From Schmidtea polychroa (Eukaryota), in NCBI GenBank assembly GCA_044892525.1, contig CM097885.1, positions 53,322,001-53,386,000 on the forward strand: a stretch of 64,000 nt of DNA, read 5' to 3'. Positions within the stretch are counted from its first letter, which is position 1, and the number at the start of each line of letters is the position of its first letter. This document shows positions 25,726-37,880 of this stretch, piece after piece. The translations under genes were made by a program, and so were the position numbers. The notes beneath the pieces were generated by a model that was not told the DNA's origin, did not search any database, and saw nothing but the letters and a program-made list of their open reading frames with translations.

Positions 25726-26151
25726 TTATCGCTCATACTCGGCTAACCTAGCCTTCTTTAACTTCTCCCGGATGTTCCGTCCTAACCGCTTTCTTTTGGG
25801 TTTCTCTTTCGCGGCCGGAGGGTATATTGCTGCTAGTTCCACAGTCAACGGCCGGATTTGGCTTATGGCGGCTCCGTGAACTACTTGTTCATTTCGCTCG
25901 GTTTCTAACGCGCGGAGCTGGAGCTTCAGTGCCCGGATCTCCATCTGATCCTGCGCGGTTTGAGCCTGCAGTTGAAGGGCCTGCGCCACCTTCTTTTTCA
26001 TATCCTCGGGACTAAACCAGGTGCTTTCTAGTTCCTGGCACCGTCCCTTGAGCTTGTCTACTCGTATGCAGAGCTCCTCGGCCTGTTTTTGGGCTTCTTC
26101 CCTGTCCTTTCGCAAATTTTCAAGTAGTTTGAACACTAGATAAAAATTCAA
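25726..26151 (-). CDS. LTR-encoded coiled-coil protein with basic C-terminus (start non-ATG, probably spliced)
   Basis: 141-aa ORF, heptad-rich, GC-richer than flanks, open in both LTRs. Confidence 0.55.
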   Translation of the reverse strand: MNFYLVFKLLENLRKDREEAQKQAEELCIRVDKLKGRCQELESTWFSPEDMKKKVAQALQLQAQTAQDQMEIRALKLQLRALETERNEQVVHGAAISQIRPLTVELAAIYPPAAKEKPKRKRLGRNIREKLKKARLAEYER

Positions 26152-26353
26152 TGATTCATTCTTGCAGCATAACGCTCATTCCATTATATAATAAGATCAA
26201 TATTATAAATAAACATAGTTTCAGATATTAAGCACGCAATTCATAAGATAATTTATTGAAAGGAATAAAATTATTCGTCACTAAAATTAAAGTTTAATTA
26301 AGTCATAACTGATGATAATTGCAAAAATAAATTTTGATGATGAGTCAGGTCGG

Positions 26354-26710
26354 TCACTTGCGAGGCCTTCCCCTCTTCCGCGGGGTTGTCTCGGCCTCTT
26401 CTAGGTCCTCTACGGTTTTCCCTTCCTTGTTTGCCCGGATTTGCAAGTCGATTTTCCTCAATCGCATCTGGGCTGCTTCTACCTCGATGGCCGCTCGGTC
26501 GCGGGCCTCTTGCAAAAAATCGTTTGTGGGCTCTGTTTTTACCCACGCTGGGGCGTCCGGTTCCGGCCCACTCCTGATTACTGGGCCCCAGTTGTCGAGG
26601 TCCAAGCCCCGGTTCCAATCATGGATACGGTACCATATGTACCGTGTCCGGAGTCGTGTAAGCATCTGTCGGTCGGCTTCTTCGTTACTACCACTGTCAG
26701 AATAGGACAT
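26354..26710 (-). CDS. LTR-encoded 118-aa protein ending in an AT-hook
   Basis: ATG preceded by ttcttttgtagaa; C-terminal TPRKRGRPRK is a canonical AT-hook; intact in both LTRs. Confidence 0.65.
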   Translation of the reverse strand: MSYSDSGSNEEADRQMLTRLRTRYIWYRIHDWNRGLDLDNWGPVIRSGPEPDAPAWVKTEPTNDFLQEARDRAAIEVEAAQMRLRKIDLQIRANKEGKTVEDLEEAETTPRKRGRPRK

Positions 26711-27879
26711 TTCTACAAAAGAACAATCAAGCCACTTTATACTGATTGTAATACGACGTTAAACACAGGATTTTGTTGACCCTTTTTCCCTTTAAGAATT
26801 TGAAAATAAAAAGAAATATTTTATTTTAAGACTAACATTTATAATCCTAGGAACAATAGAATGAAATTTCATATTTTGTCTACTAATAACCAAAAAAAAA
26901 TTTATCAACAATCCTCTGGTTTTAATTAGCTATTTTTCTCTAAATTTGTATTTATCACTAAGTGATCATTTAAATTATATTTTATGTATTTTAATTTAAA
27001 TATTATAACGAATTTAAAATTTCAGGGTTTAAATCTTTTGCCACTAAATTCGGGTACGCTGAGGCGACAGGTATTAACAACGAGCTTAGCTTCTCGTCTG
27101 CTTGCCTTTCCTTCGGTTGTACTCGTCATGAGTGGTATAGTCCGCTTTGATTTGCTTGCAAGTAGTTTAATTTTTTAACCATAGCTTTTCGATTTTAGAG
27201 ATATTTGGTGGGAATCTTTCACTCGGATGGAATGACCGGTTGTTCAAAGCCCTAATGGAATTTTATATGACTCTGTGTTGGTATCTTTAGTTTGATTTGT
27301 ATTTAGTGGTGTTAGAAGTTTTGTTGAATAATTTTAATTTAGCATGTTCTTTGGCTAATCGCTTTTGATTTTTGTAAAATAAATTTTTGTCAGTTATCGA
27401 TAATTCATGCGACTGATTCCGTGGAGTTCCACGGTTGGTATCGACTGTCCCAATGTATTCCTAGTCCTCAATGAATTGGTTTAGGTTAATGGAGGTTTTA
27501 CCTGACTTTTAATTTCTGGGGCCGCTAAGTTAACTAAGATACATCCGTCACTGATGAGCCTGGGTTAAATTAACTTATTAGATACGTATAGTTACCTACA
27601 TTTACACATGTCTATATGTGCGCACCTACTCATGTTATTATTGAATTAATAGTCCTAGCATTTTCTCCGAGTGGGGGTTACTAAAAATAGATTTCTGGAA
27701 TTATGGTCATTTTTATTGGAGTAAAGGGGTAGGTTCTAAATTTAGTCGTGGGGGAAATCCTAAATCGATAATTCAATCAAATTTTGACTTTTGGAAATTA
27801 ATAATGAAATACTAGTAATAACAATAATGGTGATAATCATAATGTTGATAAGAATAACACTAGGGAGAATGATCATAGC

Positions 27880-28280
<401 letters not shown>

Positions 28281-30905
28281 AGTAGTATAATTTTATATGG
28301 TACAATTCGAAGTTTATATTTCCCATTTTAGAGGTTCCTATTCTATGATTTAGGAAGTTACTTTTTGTAATTTACAAATTTCTGTTTCTAATTTAAAATT
28401 TTCTATTTTCCAATTTATAAATTTGTAATTTCTAATTATATATATTATAGTCTGTAATTTAATCATTTATGACTTTATATTTTATATTTTATAATTTTAT
28501 ATTTTATACTTTATAATTTTATATTTCGTAATTTATAAATTTATATTTTATAATTGCCAATTTTATATTTTATAATTTATAGTTTTTTAATTTTTTCAAT
28601 TCATAAGTTTATATTCTATAAATTCTAATTCTATATTTTATAATTTTATTTATGAGTTTGTACTTTGAAATTTTTTCGTTTTCTATTTCTACAATTTGTC
28701 ACTTTATTACTTCACCACTCGTCATTTCAGAATTCAGGGATTATAATTTTATATTCGACTCGTGTACTTCTTTACGAGTACCCCTTTTTTATCAACATTG
28801 TCTTCCGAAATTATTTGCAGATTTCTTGGTACTATTAGGTTATAATTTCAGAATATTGACGAATATACAGTCTATACATAACTAGTTCTAAGTTAATTGA
28901 TCCTTATGCTAAAATTTATCTACTACTATCCCCATCTAAAATTTGTTATCAAGACTTCTCCATTACCAATTTATAGTTTCAGGGTCGGTATGCTTTATAT
29001 CTGAAATCTTATAATTATCTACAACTTGCATTTTGATTATAATTAGTAAATTTTGTAATAAGTACTTATATCTTTATAAATTTTTAAGATGGCGCTTGTA
29101 ATTTAGTCGGTTAGCTTTGTAATATCTATAGGTAGACTGAATTTATTCACATAGTAATTAATCTCGAATTCCCAACTAGATGAAGTTATACCTACACCTA
29201 TGCCGGACACTATATCATTTCTATTACTTTGAGTTACTATAAATTCCTATTACCAAAACCGGATTCGGCATATGTTTAAGTACAACTGGAATTGCTATTA
29301 TTGATCAACCGACTTCATTAAGGTGATTGTAGAATTGTGTAAGATTAGGTATGAGTTCTACTCAGATTAAGACCTTATTGTAGAGATATTTGACATGGAT
29401 TTTTAATGTTGATTTTAAATTTGTATTACGTGCAAGGTCGGGAAGAATATTGCTTCCATGGCCCCACTGTGACCACTTCCACAAACCTTAGTGTTGAGTT
29501 TTGAGTCAACCATTTACGGTCGACCTTACATAAATACAAAGAGTCAGGCGGAGGGTTTCCTCGACCTAACTCCATGGCAGGACCATGAAGTAGTTCGACC
29601 TCCGAACTGACCCGAACAAAAAAAAGTGTTATAGATAATCATAATGCATGTGTGCATGAGAAATCGAATTTAAAATTATATGCAGGACCGATCAGAGACG
29701 TACTCGGACGCCGCTGATCCGTCGAGAATTACTAAACATAAAATCTTAAAAATATTTTTAATAGATAAAAGGTCGATATTAATATAATAACATAAAATTA
29801 CAACAAATCAAAAGGCTTACTAATGATTCTCCAAAAAAATTTTTCAGCAAAATATTGGCATAAAGATTGATTTATGACCGAAACGTGTCGGTATATATAC
29901 CTATTTTGTACACGTGTATGTATTGATGCATTAAAACAAACTCGAATTCTTTTTATTCCAGAATTTTCTATTTAGCGATTTTGCTATTTTTAATGACAAT
30001 TTTTGTGCCATAATTTTTGTTTTTATTTTTATATTTTTATTTTTTAATTATTTTTCGTTAATTTGCCGTCCATGATGGATTTGGAACGGTTCCAGAACAT
30101 TCTATTTTACTTTTAATTTAATTTTTATTTTAACTGATGTTTTGTGAATTTCTTTTTAAGATTTATTATTTTTAATACTAATTTATTTATTTTCTCTAAC
30201 TTTTATTGTTCTAGCTGGCTTTTGTGATGGTCATCGCCATTTTAATGGAATGTTCTGGGTTTTTCTGGAATTTTTTCGGTTTTTATCGTCTTTTAAGTTG
30301 TTCGAGTCTGTTTTATGCTTATCTGTGTTTATTTGGTTGTTTTTGAGTTCTATTTTTGCATCACTTCTTGCTTTTGTATAATTTTATTTAATTTCTGTGT
30401 TTTAGGTTTTTGTTGCTTTCTCCTTTAGTTAATATTGTTTATTTGATGTAATTTTAATATTTAGCTAAACTTCTTGCTTTTGCATGTTGTGTACCTACAC
30501 ATTTCGGTCATAATTAGAAGTTTGGGTCTAGAAATCAGTTCTAGCCCAACATGAAACACTCGGGGGCCCATAAAATTGCGACCCGCAATTTAAATCAGAA
30601 GATGAATAAGATTAATTTTCAGAATACTTGCACTATATTACAAGTGCCTACATGCAAATTGGGTCCACGAGCTACAGGGTCGTGACCTCAATACCCACAT
30701 ACATAAAAAGGCTACTAATACACTACATTTTACAGATGGGTTGAAAGATGAAGAAAAGAACGACCGAGATCGGTCCACAAAAAAATAAAATTATCATGCT
30801 CAAGAATCAATGTTATTAGTCATAATCAGTCTCAGTCTTTGAAATCACGATTGTTTGATAATGTTTTATAATGTCATGAAATGTTTATACTGTCGTGATG
30901 TCACA

Positions 30906-31893
30906 TTAATAGAATTCGGTTGTTCGGGACCTCGTCTCGATGACGGCTCTGGTTTCAATGTTTGGGGAAGATTTGAAGTAGCTTGGTTGGTTCGTTGTTT
31001 GGACTAGCTGTTCTTCCATTGGGATACGAATACTTCTTGATTGTTCTTTTAGTTTGAGGGTTTTGTTTCTTTCTTTACTGGAATTGGGTTTGAGTGCAAT
31101 CAGGCTCAGTACGGTGATGTTTATCATTAGGCTCGCCGCTAATAGGATCAATATTGTGAGGGGATTCATACTCTCTCGGTTCTATTACTTTGGGTTTGTT
31201 CATAATTTCTTTTAATTGGGTTGTATCCGCCGTTTCTGATTTTTCGGGCTTATTGAATTTGTTTTCTTCTGAGGTGACAACTTTCTTTATTGCCTCTAGG
31301 GTTTTAATCATCTTCTCGGAGTTCGTTGGGTTTTTGTTTATGGTAGTTAGGATTTCCCTTGTCATTTCTTTCAAGGTTTTCGTTACCTCATTTTTAATGC
31401 TGGGTTCCTCTTTGATGATGGAAGTTATTTTTCCTTTCATTTCCTCCAAAGATTTTACTACTGTTTCGCAATTGCTTGAACGTCCATAGGCGGTTGCTAT
31501 AACCTGTTGTTTTATTTCCTCTAATATTATTATCATCATTCTCATTGCGGCTGGATCTGCTTGGGATTCTCTCTTTGATTTCTGACTTTGACATTGTTTG
31601 GCTAATGTTGCTATCTGGGTTCTGATAACTTTCATTTCTTGTTCTACCATTGTTTTTATTGTCTGAGCCATTTGCACTTCCGTCGAACTTTCAGTTGTTT
31701 GTGGACATTGCGAACATTGTAACTTGATTTGTTCGCATTCCTCATTGGGTTTTTCGCAGATCGATTTAAAGCTACTACATGTGCTATCTTCTCTGCGATA
31801 TGGGTATTCTTTCTGGCATCTGATCATTGATTCTTCTGCTTGCAGGATTTTTGGCATTGTCATTATAATCATCATCACGATTAGGCTTCTCAT
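30906..31893 (-). CDS. Accessory type-I membrane protein (signal peptide, Cys-rich N-terminus, coiled coil, TM), split by one frameshift near 31170
   Basis: 31075-31893 starts MRSLIVMMIIMTMPKILQA (signal-like) followed by six Cys; the overlapping frame 30906-31169 supplies the TM PLTILILLAASLMINITVLSLIAL and a tail. Confidence 0.6.
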
Positions 31894-32097
31894 CTTTACA
31901 TATACATATACGTTAATAATAATTACTTGACTTTATTTACAATTTATTTACACGGTTATTTTGTCTCATTTATTGGGAGCCACCGACCTCATCCCTTAAT
32001 TTTACGGGAGGTTCAGATGCTCGTCTTTTGCTCAACTCGTTCATTCTAAAAAAAAAAAAAAAAAAAATCAAAATTTTATTATTCATTACAAGGCCGG

Positions 32098-32811
32098 TTA
32101 AGGCTTAAGGGGAGAGGTTCTCGACCCTTCGAGTTGCGTTGCTATCAACTGTCTCTTTAATTCTGGTATTTCTTGTAATTGCTTCTCTTTACTTTTCCAT
32201 TTTCTCTGCTTGATGGTTATTGCCGTCTGCAATGCTTGCATGCTTCGTCGTTTTTGATTTAAGATTCTCCGGTAATTTTCTTTCAACTTCCATTGTTTTT
32301 CTGTTTCCTCTCTTTGTTCCTTGATCTCTTCCTTGAGTTTTACATTTCTCTTCTCGACTTTTTTACTTTCTCGCACTCTTGTTTTTGCATAAGCATATTG
32401 TGCTTCTAACTGCTCGATATAGACTTGGTCGATATTCACAATCTTTTTCAACTTCCTTGTTTCTGATTTCCAATAATCTTCGATTACTGCCTGAGCTCTC
32501 AACTCTACTATCTCTTGTCTCAGGTTTTTATTTTCTGTCTCTTTTCGTTTCGATTCCTTTATTTCCCTCCAAATTTCTTGCTTGACAGTGTTTATTAATC
32601 GTCTTGATTGAACAATATGCTGCCTCAATCTCGTAATCTCTACATTTTGATTTGCAATCTTTAATTTGAACAACTTCTTGCTGACTCTCCATTTATTGCT
32701 ATAATATTTCATCGGTTCTTGTTTGATTGGTATCATATCCTGGCTTTGTTCAGGTTGGTCGTTTGACTTTCCTTCGTTACTCGTTGATTCTCTTTCTTTT
32801 AAATAATTCAT
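32098..32811 (-). CDS. Accessory basic coiled-coil protein (237 aa)
   Basis: ATG-initiated, E/K/R/Q-rich heptads, same strand as the element. Confidence 0.7.
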   Translation of the reverse strand: MNYLKERESTSNEGKSNDQPEQSQDMIPIKQEPMKYYSNKWRVSKKLFKLKIANQNVEITRLRQHIVQSRRLINTVKQEIWREIKESKRKETENKNLRQEIVELRAQAVIEDYWKSETRKLKKIVNIDQVYIEQLEAQYAYAKTRVRESKKVEKRNVKLKEEIKEQREETEKQWKLKENYRRILNQKRRSMQALQTAITIKQRKWKSKEKQLQEIPELKRQLIATQLEGSRTSPLKP

Positions 32812-32926
32812 ATCTACAAAATATACACATCATATATCCTTTCGTCTTCTTTTTATTTTGAATTTTTTGGTTTTTGTAATTTTTTTTTTTTTTTTTTTTA
32901 CAGGCAACATCTCTCCTCGATTAAAT

Positions 32927-34519
32927 CTATGTTGCGTTATTTGGTTCGTTATTTTCTTCGAAGCCTTCATCATTTGTGACTTCGGCAGGCTGTGGCACTT
33001 GCAACGGTAACGGGTAGAGTGGCATTAATAATATTGGTGGTTGTCTCCTTAACCGATCTATTTCCTCTCGCAATTCCGTTGAGATGTTTATTTCCTCATC
33101 CAACAAAAACGTTAATCTACCTTCGTTTTCTATCATTTCGTTCAATTCCTCTTCCAATCGTTGGGTTCTTTCGAGCGCTTTTAGCTTCTCAATTTCTGCC
33201 CTCAGATTTTCTTCATTTTCTTCGAAGCATCGTTTTATTATTTCAGTTTCCTGTTTGGCTTGTTGAATTGCCTTATCGCACTCCTCTCTACATTTCGCAT
33301 TAAGCTCAATCTGGTGCTTCCAATTCACATCCCTTTGGGTGTACATACCTTTATATCCGTTCATCTCTTGATTGGCTTCCTCTACCTCGGTTTGTAATTG
33401 CCGGATCTGTCTATCTTGGTCTGTTAATTGTTGTTCCCATTTCTTTTCCTGATATTCATACCTTCTTATCTCTCGAGTCTGTTTCTTTATGATTCTCTGT
33501 CTACCGTCGCTGGTCCGCGTTTTAATTCTATGTTCTCTACTCAATCGGCTAATCTCCTCCTTTTGGTTTTCTATCATTTCCCACATTTTAAATTCGTCTC
33601 TTTCCATCAGTTTCATAGGCAACTGTCTTAATTCCTCTTTGGTTTCTTTCCAATTCTCTTTCCATTTTCGGGCTTGGTGCTTGAGACACTTTTCGGTTTC
33701 TTCGAATTTCTGCTGTCGTTTTCTCCACTCTACTTCCTCTTCTTCTCGCTGTGCAGCTCTTGTTTCGTAAAATTCTTGGTCTGCTTTTCGTAATCGCAGT
33801 TCTTCCTTGCTACTGATTTTCCAATAGAGCACTTGAGTTTGACTTCCTAGGTATTTATACTTCCATTTCTGAGCTTGTATCTTTATTTGTGTGTTAATTC
33901 GCTCTAATACGTTATCTTTAACAATTGGTTCTCTATGCGGTGTTCTCCTCCCTTGCCCTCTGACTTCGTTTAGGGTCTTTTTGCATCTTTCCCATTTTTC
34001 TTTCATCATTGCGTATTTGCCCTTTACTTCTTCTAGTTCGGCCTTGTAATTTCGTATTTGATGTTCGTGACTATCATTCTGCCTTGTTTGGAGGGTTTCG
34101 TATTTTCGTTTCCATTGTTGCGCTTGTAGTTTTATTCGTTCCGTTTTACGCTGTTCTTCCTCGTATTGCTCCTTTGCTTCTCTAATTTGTGCCTTCTGCA
34201 TTATTATCTCTCCGCATAACCCAACTATCTCCATAATCCGCTGAGTTCGTAAATTCGAGAGCTCTTCCTCCAATTCTTGGTATGTTGAGGTATTTCTCAC
34301 ATCCTCGGTTAATTCTTCTACCTGTTTCATCCACTTCTCTTTTGCTGCCAGTGCTTCCGCCTTCTCCACTTCTAACTCTTGTTGCTTTTTCTCATACATG
34401 GTTTTGTACATTTCTATTTCTCTCTTTACTCTTTCTGCTTCGTATGTTTGTATGATGGATTTGTACTGTTCGAGTTGTTGCATCTCGGTTTCCACATAGG
34501 TTTGTGATTCTTTATTCAT
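32927..34519 (-). CDS. Accessory long coiled-coil protein (530 aa)
   Basis: Uninterrupted 1.6-kb ORF; recurring K.QA.KWK motif; Pro-rich/acidic tail. Confidence 0.8.
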   Translation of the reverse strand: MNKESQTYVETEMQQLEQYKSIIQTYEAERVKREIEMYKTMYEKKQQELEVEKAEALAAKEKWMKQVEELTEDVRNTSTYQELEEELSNLRTQRIMEIVGLCGEIIMQKAQIREAKEQYEEEQRKTERIKLQAQQWKRKYETLQTRQNDSHEHQIRNYKAELEEVKGKYAMMKEKWERCKKTLNEVRGQGRRTPHREPIVKDNVLERINTQIKIQAQKWKYKYLGSQTQVLYWKISSKEELRLRKADQEFYETRAAQREEEEVEWRKRQQKFEETEKCLKHQARKWKENWKETKEELRQLPMKLMERDEFKMWEMIENQKEEISRLSREHRIKTRTSDGRQRIIKKQTREIRRYEYQEKKWEQQLTDQDRQIRQLQTEVEEANQEMNGYKGMYTQRDVNWKHQIELNAKCREECDKAIQQAKQETEIIKRCFEENEENLRAEIEKLKALERTQRLEEELNEMIENEGRLTFLLDEEINISTELREEIDRLRRQPPILLMPLYPLPLQVPQPAEVTNDEGFEENNEPNNAT

Positions 34520-34601
34520 TGTCTAAATAATTACACTATTACTACCACTATTATTTCATACATTTATTATCTACACTTTATACACGGAATTTTAATTTTT
34601 G

Positions 34602-35770
34602 TTATTGATCGGCGTAGCGGAATCCTTTGATTCGCTGCGCAATCCTCTGTCTGCACATCGGACATTCCTTTACTTTTCTACTACACGTGGCACATGCGAT
34701 CAAATGTCCGCATGGCATATGAATAACTTCTACACTCCTCTCCCAACACATAGTACATTTGATATCTCGTAAGATAGCTGCTTTGACCATTGATTCTTCT
34801 TTTATTTTTGTTTCAGGTTTTTCTCTATACTGAGTTATCGCTCTGATCATATCGTACGTTGTTGTTGGTATATGTACGTTTTTCTGTAGTCTCTCTCTAA
34901 TCATGTTCTTTGCCCTTGTCGTGCCTATTCCGGCTGCTTTCAACGCTCTGCACATGTTGGGTTTGTCTACCACTTCGTCAACCTCTTCCTCTGTTACTAG
35001 CACTTCTGGGTATTCGGTTTCTTGTTCGTTGTGGTATAGGCACCATGCTTGATGTCTAATTTCTGGTATGCATTCTTCTGGTAATCTCTGTTGACTTTCG
35101 CATCTTTCACACTTTAGTATTTGATTTTCTGTTAGGTAGAACCCTCTTATTGCTAATTCAGGTCCTCTCGTATCATCTCCGAACGTTTTCATTCTATTAT
35201 CTGCTATTTGCGTGAGGAATTCCCCTTCCCAAGTTGGGACATATTCATCAACGATTCTGGTTATCGCGATTGTCCTTTTTCGTCTTCAGTTTTCAATCTC
35301 TCCAAGGCTTCGTATTTTATTTCCGGTTTGTTGTGTACATCAAATCCCAGTACGAATAGACAAGTTGGAAATCGTTTGCGATGTTCCTCCTTTGGGTGTT
35401 CTCCTTTTTTCCATTCTTCTAATTTCCCTTTACAGAAACGACACGTTACTTGATCGGGTATCTCTGGTTTTCCGGAGAAGAAAAATCCGTCGCGTGCTAG
35501 CGCTCGGCTCTGTTCCTTGGTGAAAATGGTCTGATGTTCAAATGACAGATATCTCTGGTTCTCACATCTGAATTGCTCATTATCTCCCAGCTTCAAATTT
35601 TCATGTACCAAATTATAATCATTTCCCATTCTTCGATAATACGCGTAACTACTTGGTTTTGTTTTGCTGACTTCCGCATCCTTCACTCTTTCTCTAGGTG
35701 ACGTATTGTCCTCTTCCTCTCTCATTGTGATCGTTTTCTTTCGGATATTCGGTCTCTCTTGATTAATCAT
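34602..35770 (-). CDS. Inhibitor-of-apoptosis (IAP)-like gene, BIR-BIR-RING, with one frameshift near 35280
   Basis: BIR1 LARDGFFF..DQVTCRFC..LEEW..P.EEHRKRFPTCLFV; degenerate BIR2 RMKTF..LAIRGFY..KCERC..H..WC; RING CTMC..PCGHLIACATC..CPMCR; the second frame is open upstream to ~35285. Confidence 0.88.
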
Positions 35771-35910
35771 CTATAATAAATTTCATCATTTCTTTTTGCA
35801 TTTTCTTTTTCTAATTTTTATGGTTTTGGTAAGTTACTTTACTGTATACAATAACTTTATATTTACTTTACATCGTTTTTACAAAATATTTACAGTTCCC
35901 TTCTATCCGT

Positions 35911-37335
35911 CTATCGTATTTCTATTGTTGGTCCTTCCTCGTCTAGTTCGACTAGGAAGAATATAGTGTCCTTTTCTATGTAGGACCCGTCATTAAACTG
36001 GTATAGCTGCATAAACTCTGCTACTCCTACCGCAGGATTAACCTCTGTAATCGGTTTATTCCATGCTGGACTTGATGCTCGACAGCACATTATATGTGTC
36101 TTTTTTGATCCCAAGAGAGATATTTTTAATCTATGTCGGAATGGCCATGCTATTAGGTCGTCAAAATCTCCTTTACAGATTTGTATATATATGGACATGC
36201 ACCGATCTTTAAACTTTCCCTCACCATTTGGAAACCATCTCAATTTCATCTTGTATCCATGTTTCTTGGCGTAGAATGGTTTGCTCACTATCGTTGTCTG
36301 GATTCCTTGCTTTGCTTGCTCCATTATTTCTGTTATTCCTTGGATTTTCCACATATATGGCAATATTGGTAGTTCCTCTGTTGTCAGTTCCTTTGCAGTC
36401 CATTTGGTTTGTAGTTTAGTTACTTCGACTAATTTGTCGTCTAATTTCAACATCCTTTGTGTTACGGCTTCTCTCGTATTTTCGAAGCTTTCCTGTGAGC
36501 TCAGCATTTCTTTTATCATGATTTTATGTGATTTGAGTTCGTCTTTAACATCTTCGATTGCCCTTGCTGTTAACTCTATTGCTCTCATCATCTTTTGCAT
36601 GTGCTTGAATGTATTCTCCTCCACATGCTTCTTCATTTCTTCTGCTGGTAATTGTACTCTACAATCGAATGTTACCATTGGGCATTTTATCGTCTTTCTC
36701 GTGCATATCTCCCAATGTTCATTTAATCTGACGTTGTTAATTTCTCCACACTCGTTTGGGCATCTCCCTGTATATTCGTCGCAAATCCGTCTTTCTACTG
36801 CGTTTCGATGTTCCATTTCGATTTCTCTCCAATTAGCAGTTTCTCCGCAAAATTCGCATTTTTCCGTTCGCGCTTCGCATTCCCCTTTATGTTTGGTTTT
36901 CTCTTTTCGTAAAAACTTTACCGTGCATGCTTCGCATTCCAATTCTAGATATTCGCATACGTCTATGTGGGCTCTTAACTCCTTTACTCGACCTGTCCAT
37001 TCGCATGACCTTTGGGTGCATCTTATTTTCACTTCTCTGATTTCTCGGTTCATTGCTCTATCCGGTATCGTGCCAGTGGGAACCAACTTAAATGCTTCTC
37101 CACATCCTGGACAAGTTTCTCGCTTTAGCTTGGCTAATCTTATATCACACCCTCGGCATAATCTACACCCGCATCGAGTTTGACTTGCTCCAATCAGTAG
37201 TCTTCTACATGCTGCATCGGCACATAATAGCCTCTCTTCGAACTCGTCCGGCTTGGCTTGATATTTTCTCATCAATTCATAGTTAATCTTTTGTTCCTCT
37301 GCTTCTCTCCGGTTCTCTTCCGCTTTGTTTTGCAT
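35911..37335 (-). CDS. TRAF-like protein (degenerate RING, TRAF zinc fingers, coiled coil, MATH/TRAF-C domain)
   Basis: QTRCGCRLCRGC..CPGC; CEWTGRVKELRAHIDVC; YMWKI..SKPFY..GYKMKLRWFPNG..MSIYIQICKGDFDDLIAWPF..YIEKDTIFFLVEL. Confidence 0.93.
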   Translation of the reverse strand: MQNKAEENRREAEEQKINYELMRKYQAKPDEFEERLLCADAACRRLLIGASQTRCGCRLCRGCDIRLAKLKRETCPGCGEAFKLVPTGTIPDRAMNREIREVKIRCTQRSCEWTGRVKELRAHIDVCEYLELECEACTVKFLRKEKTKHKGECEARTEKCEFCGETANWREIEMEHRNAVERRICDEYTGRCPNECGEINNVRLNEHWEICTRKTIKCPMVTFDCRVQLPAEEMKKHVEENTFKHMQKMMRAIELTARAIEDVKDELKSHKIMIKEMLSSQESFENTREAVTQRMLKLDDKLVEVTKLQTKWTAKELTTEELPILPYMWKIQGITEIMEQAKQGIQTTIVSKPFYAKKHGYKMKLRWFPNGEGKFKDRCMSIYIQICKGDFDDLIAWPFRHRLKISLLGSKKTHIMCCRASSPAWNKPITEVNPAVGVAEFMQLYQFNDGSYIEKDTIFFLVELDEEGPTIEIR

Positions 37336-37424
37336 TCTACAATGATGATTTTTAATCTTGGGATTTCTACTTGATTATAACTCTATTTATTTACAGGATT
37401 ATTTACATTTCACTCCTTTCTCTC

Positions 37425-37880
37425 CTATACATCTACCGTCGAGTCCGGTTCTTCAGTTCCTGGCAGTCCGGTCATCCACTCGACTAAACTGGCAATATCA
37501 TCATGTTGTCGATTTTCATGCAACCTTCTAATTTCTTCCGCTTGCCATCTGATTTGGCTTATTAACTGATTGTTATTATATTCCAGTTGCGCGATTATTT
37601 AGTGTTGTTCCTCTATTTTTGTAATATATATTGCATTTCTATTAATACTCTCTATCAACGCCGTTTGGTTTCGTACCCAGTGCTCTTGAGTCTGATTTGT
37701 CAATTGGGTCATTAATTCACACTGTGCCCTCCACATGGATCCTGTTGGCTGACTCGGCTGGTTTGGCACGTTCATTTCCATCATGTCTACTGGATGTACA
37801 TTCATAAGCGGCTGTTCTCTTACTTCAACAACATGTGGTATCCCATTTGGGTGTTCCTGCTCTTCGTTTCTCTGGTTCAT
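37425..37880 (-). CDS. Small accessory coiled-coil ORF, apparently frameshifted near 37600
   Basis: 93-aa ORF; an alternative frame continues IIAQLEYNNNQLISQIRWQAEEIRRLHE...DSTVDV. Confidence 0.5.

Noticed and set aside
36281..37183. 300-aa plus-strand ORF and the many other plus-strand ORFs across 31000-52400
   Set aside because: Antisense shadows of A-rich minus-strand genes; no motifs
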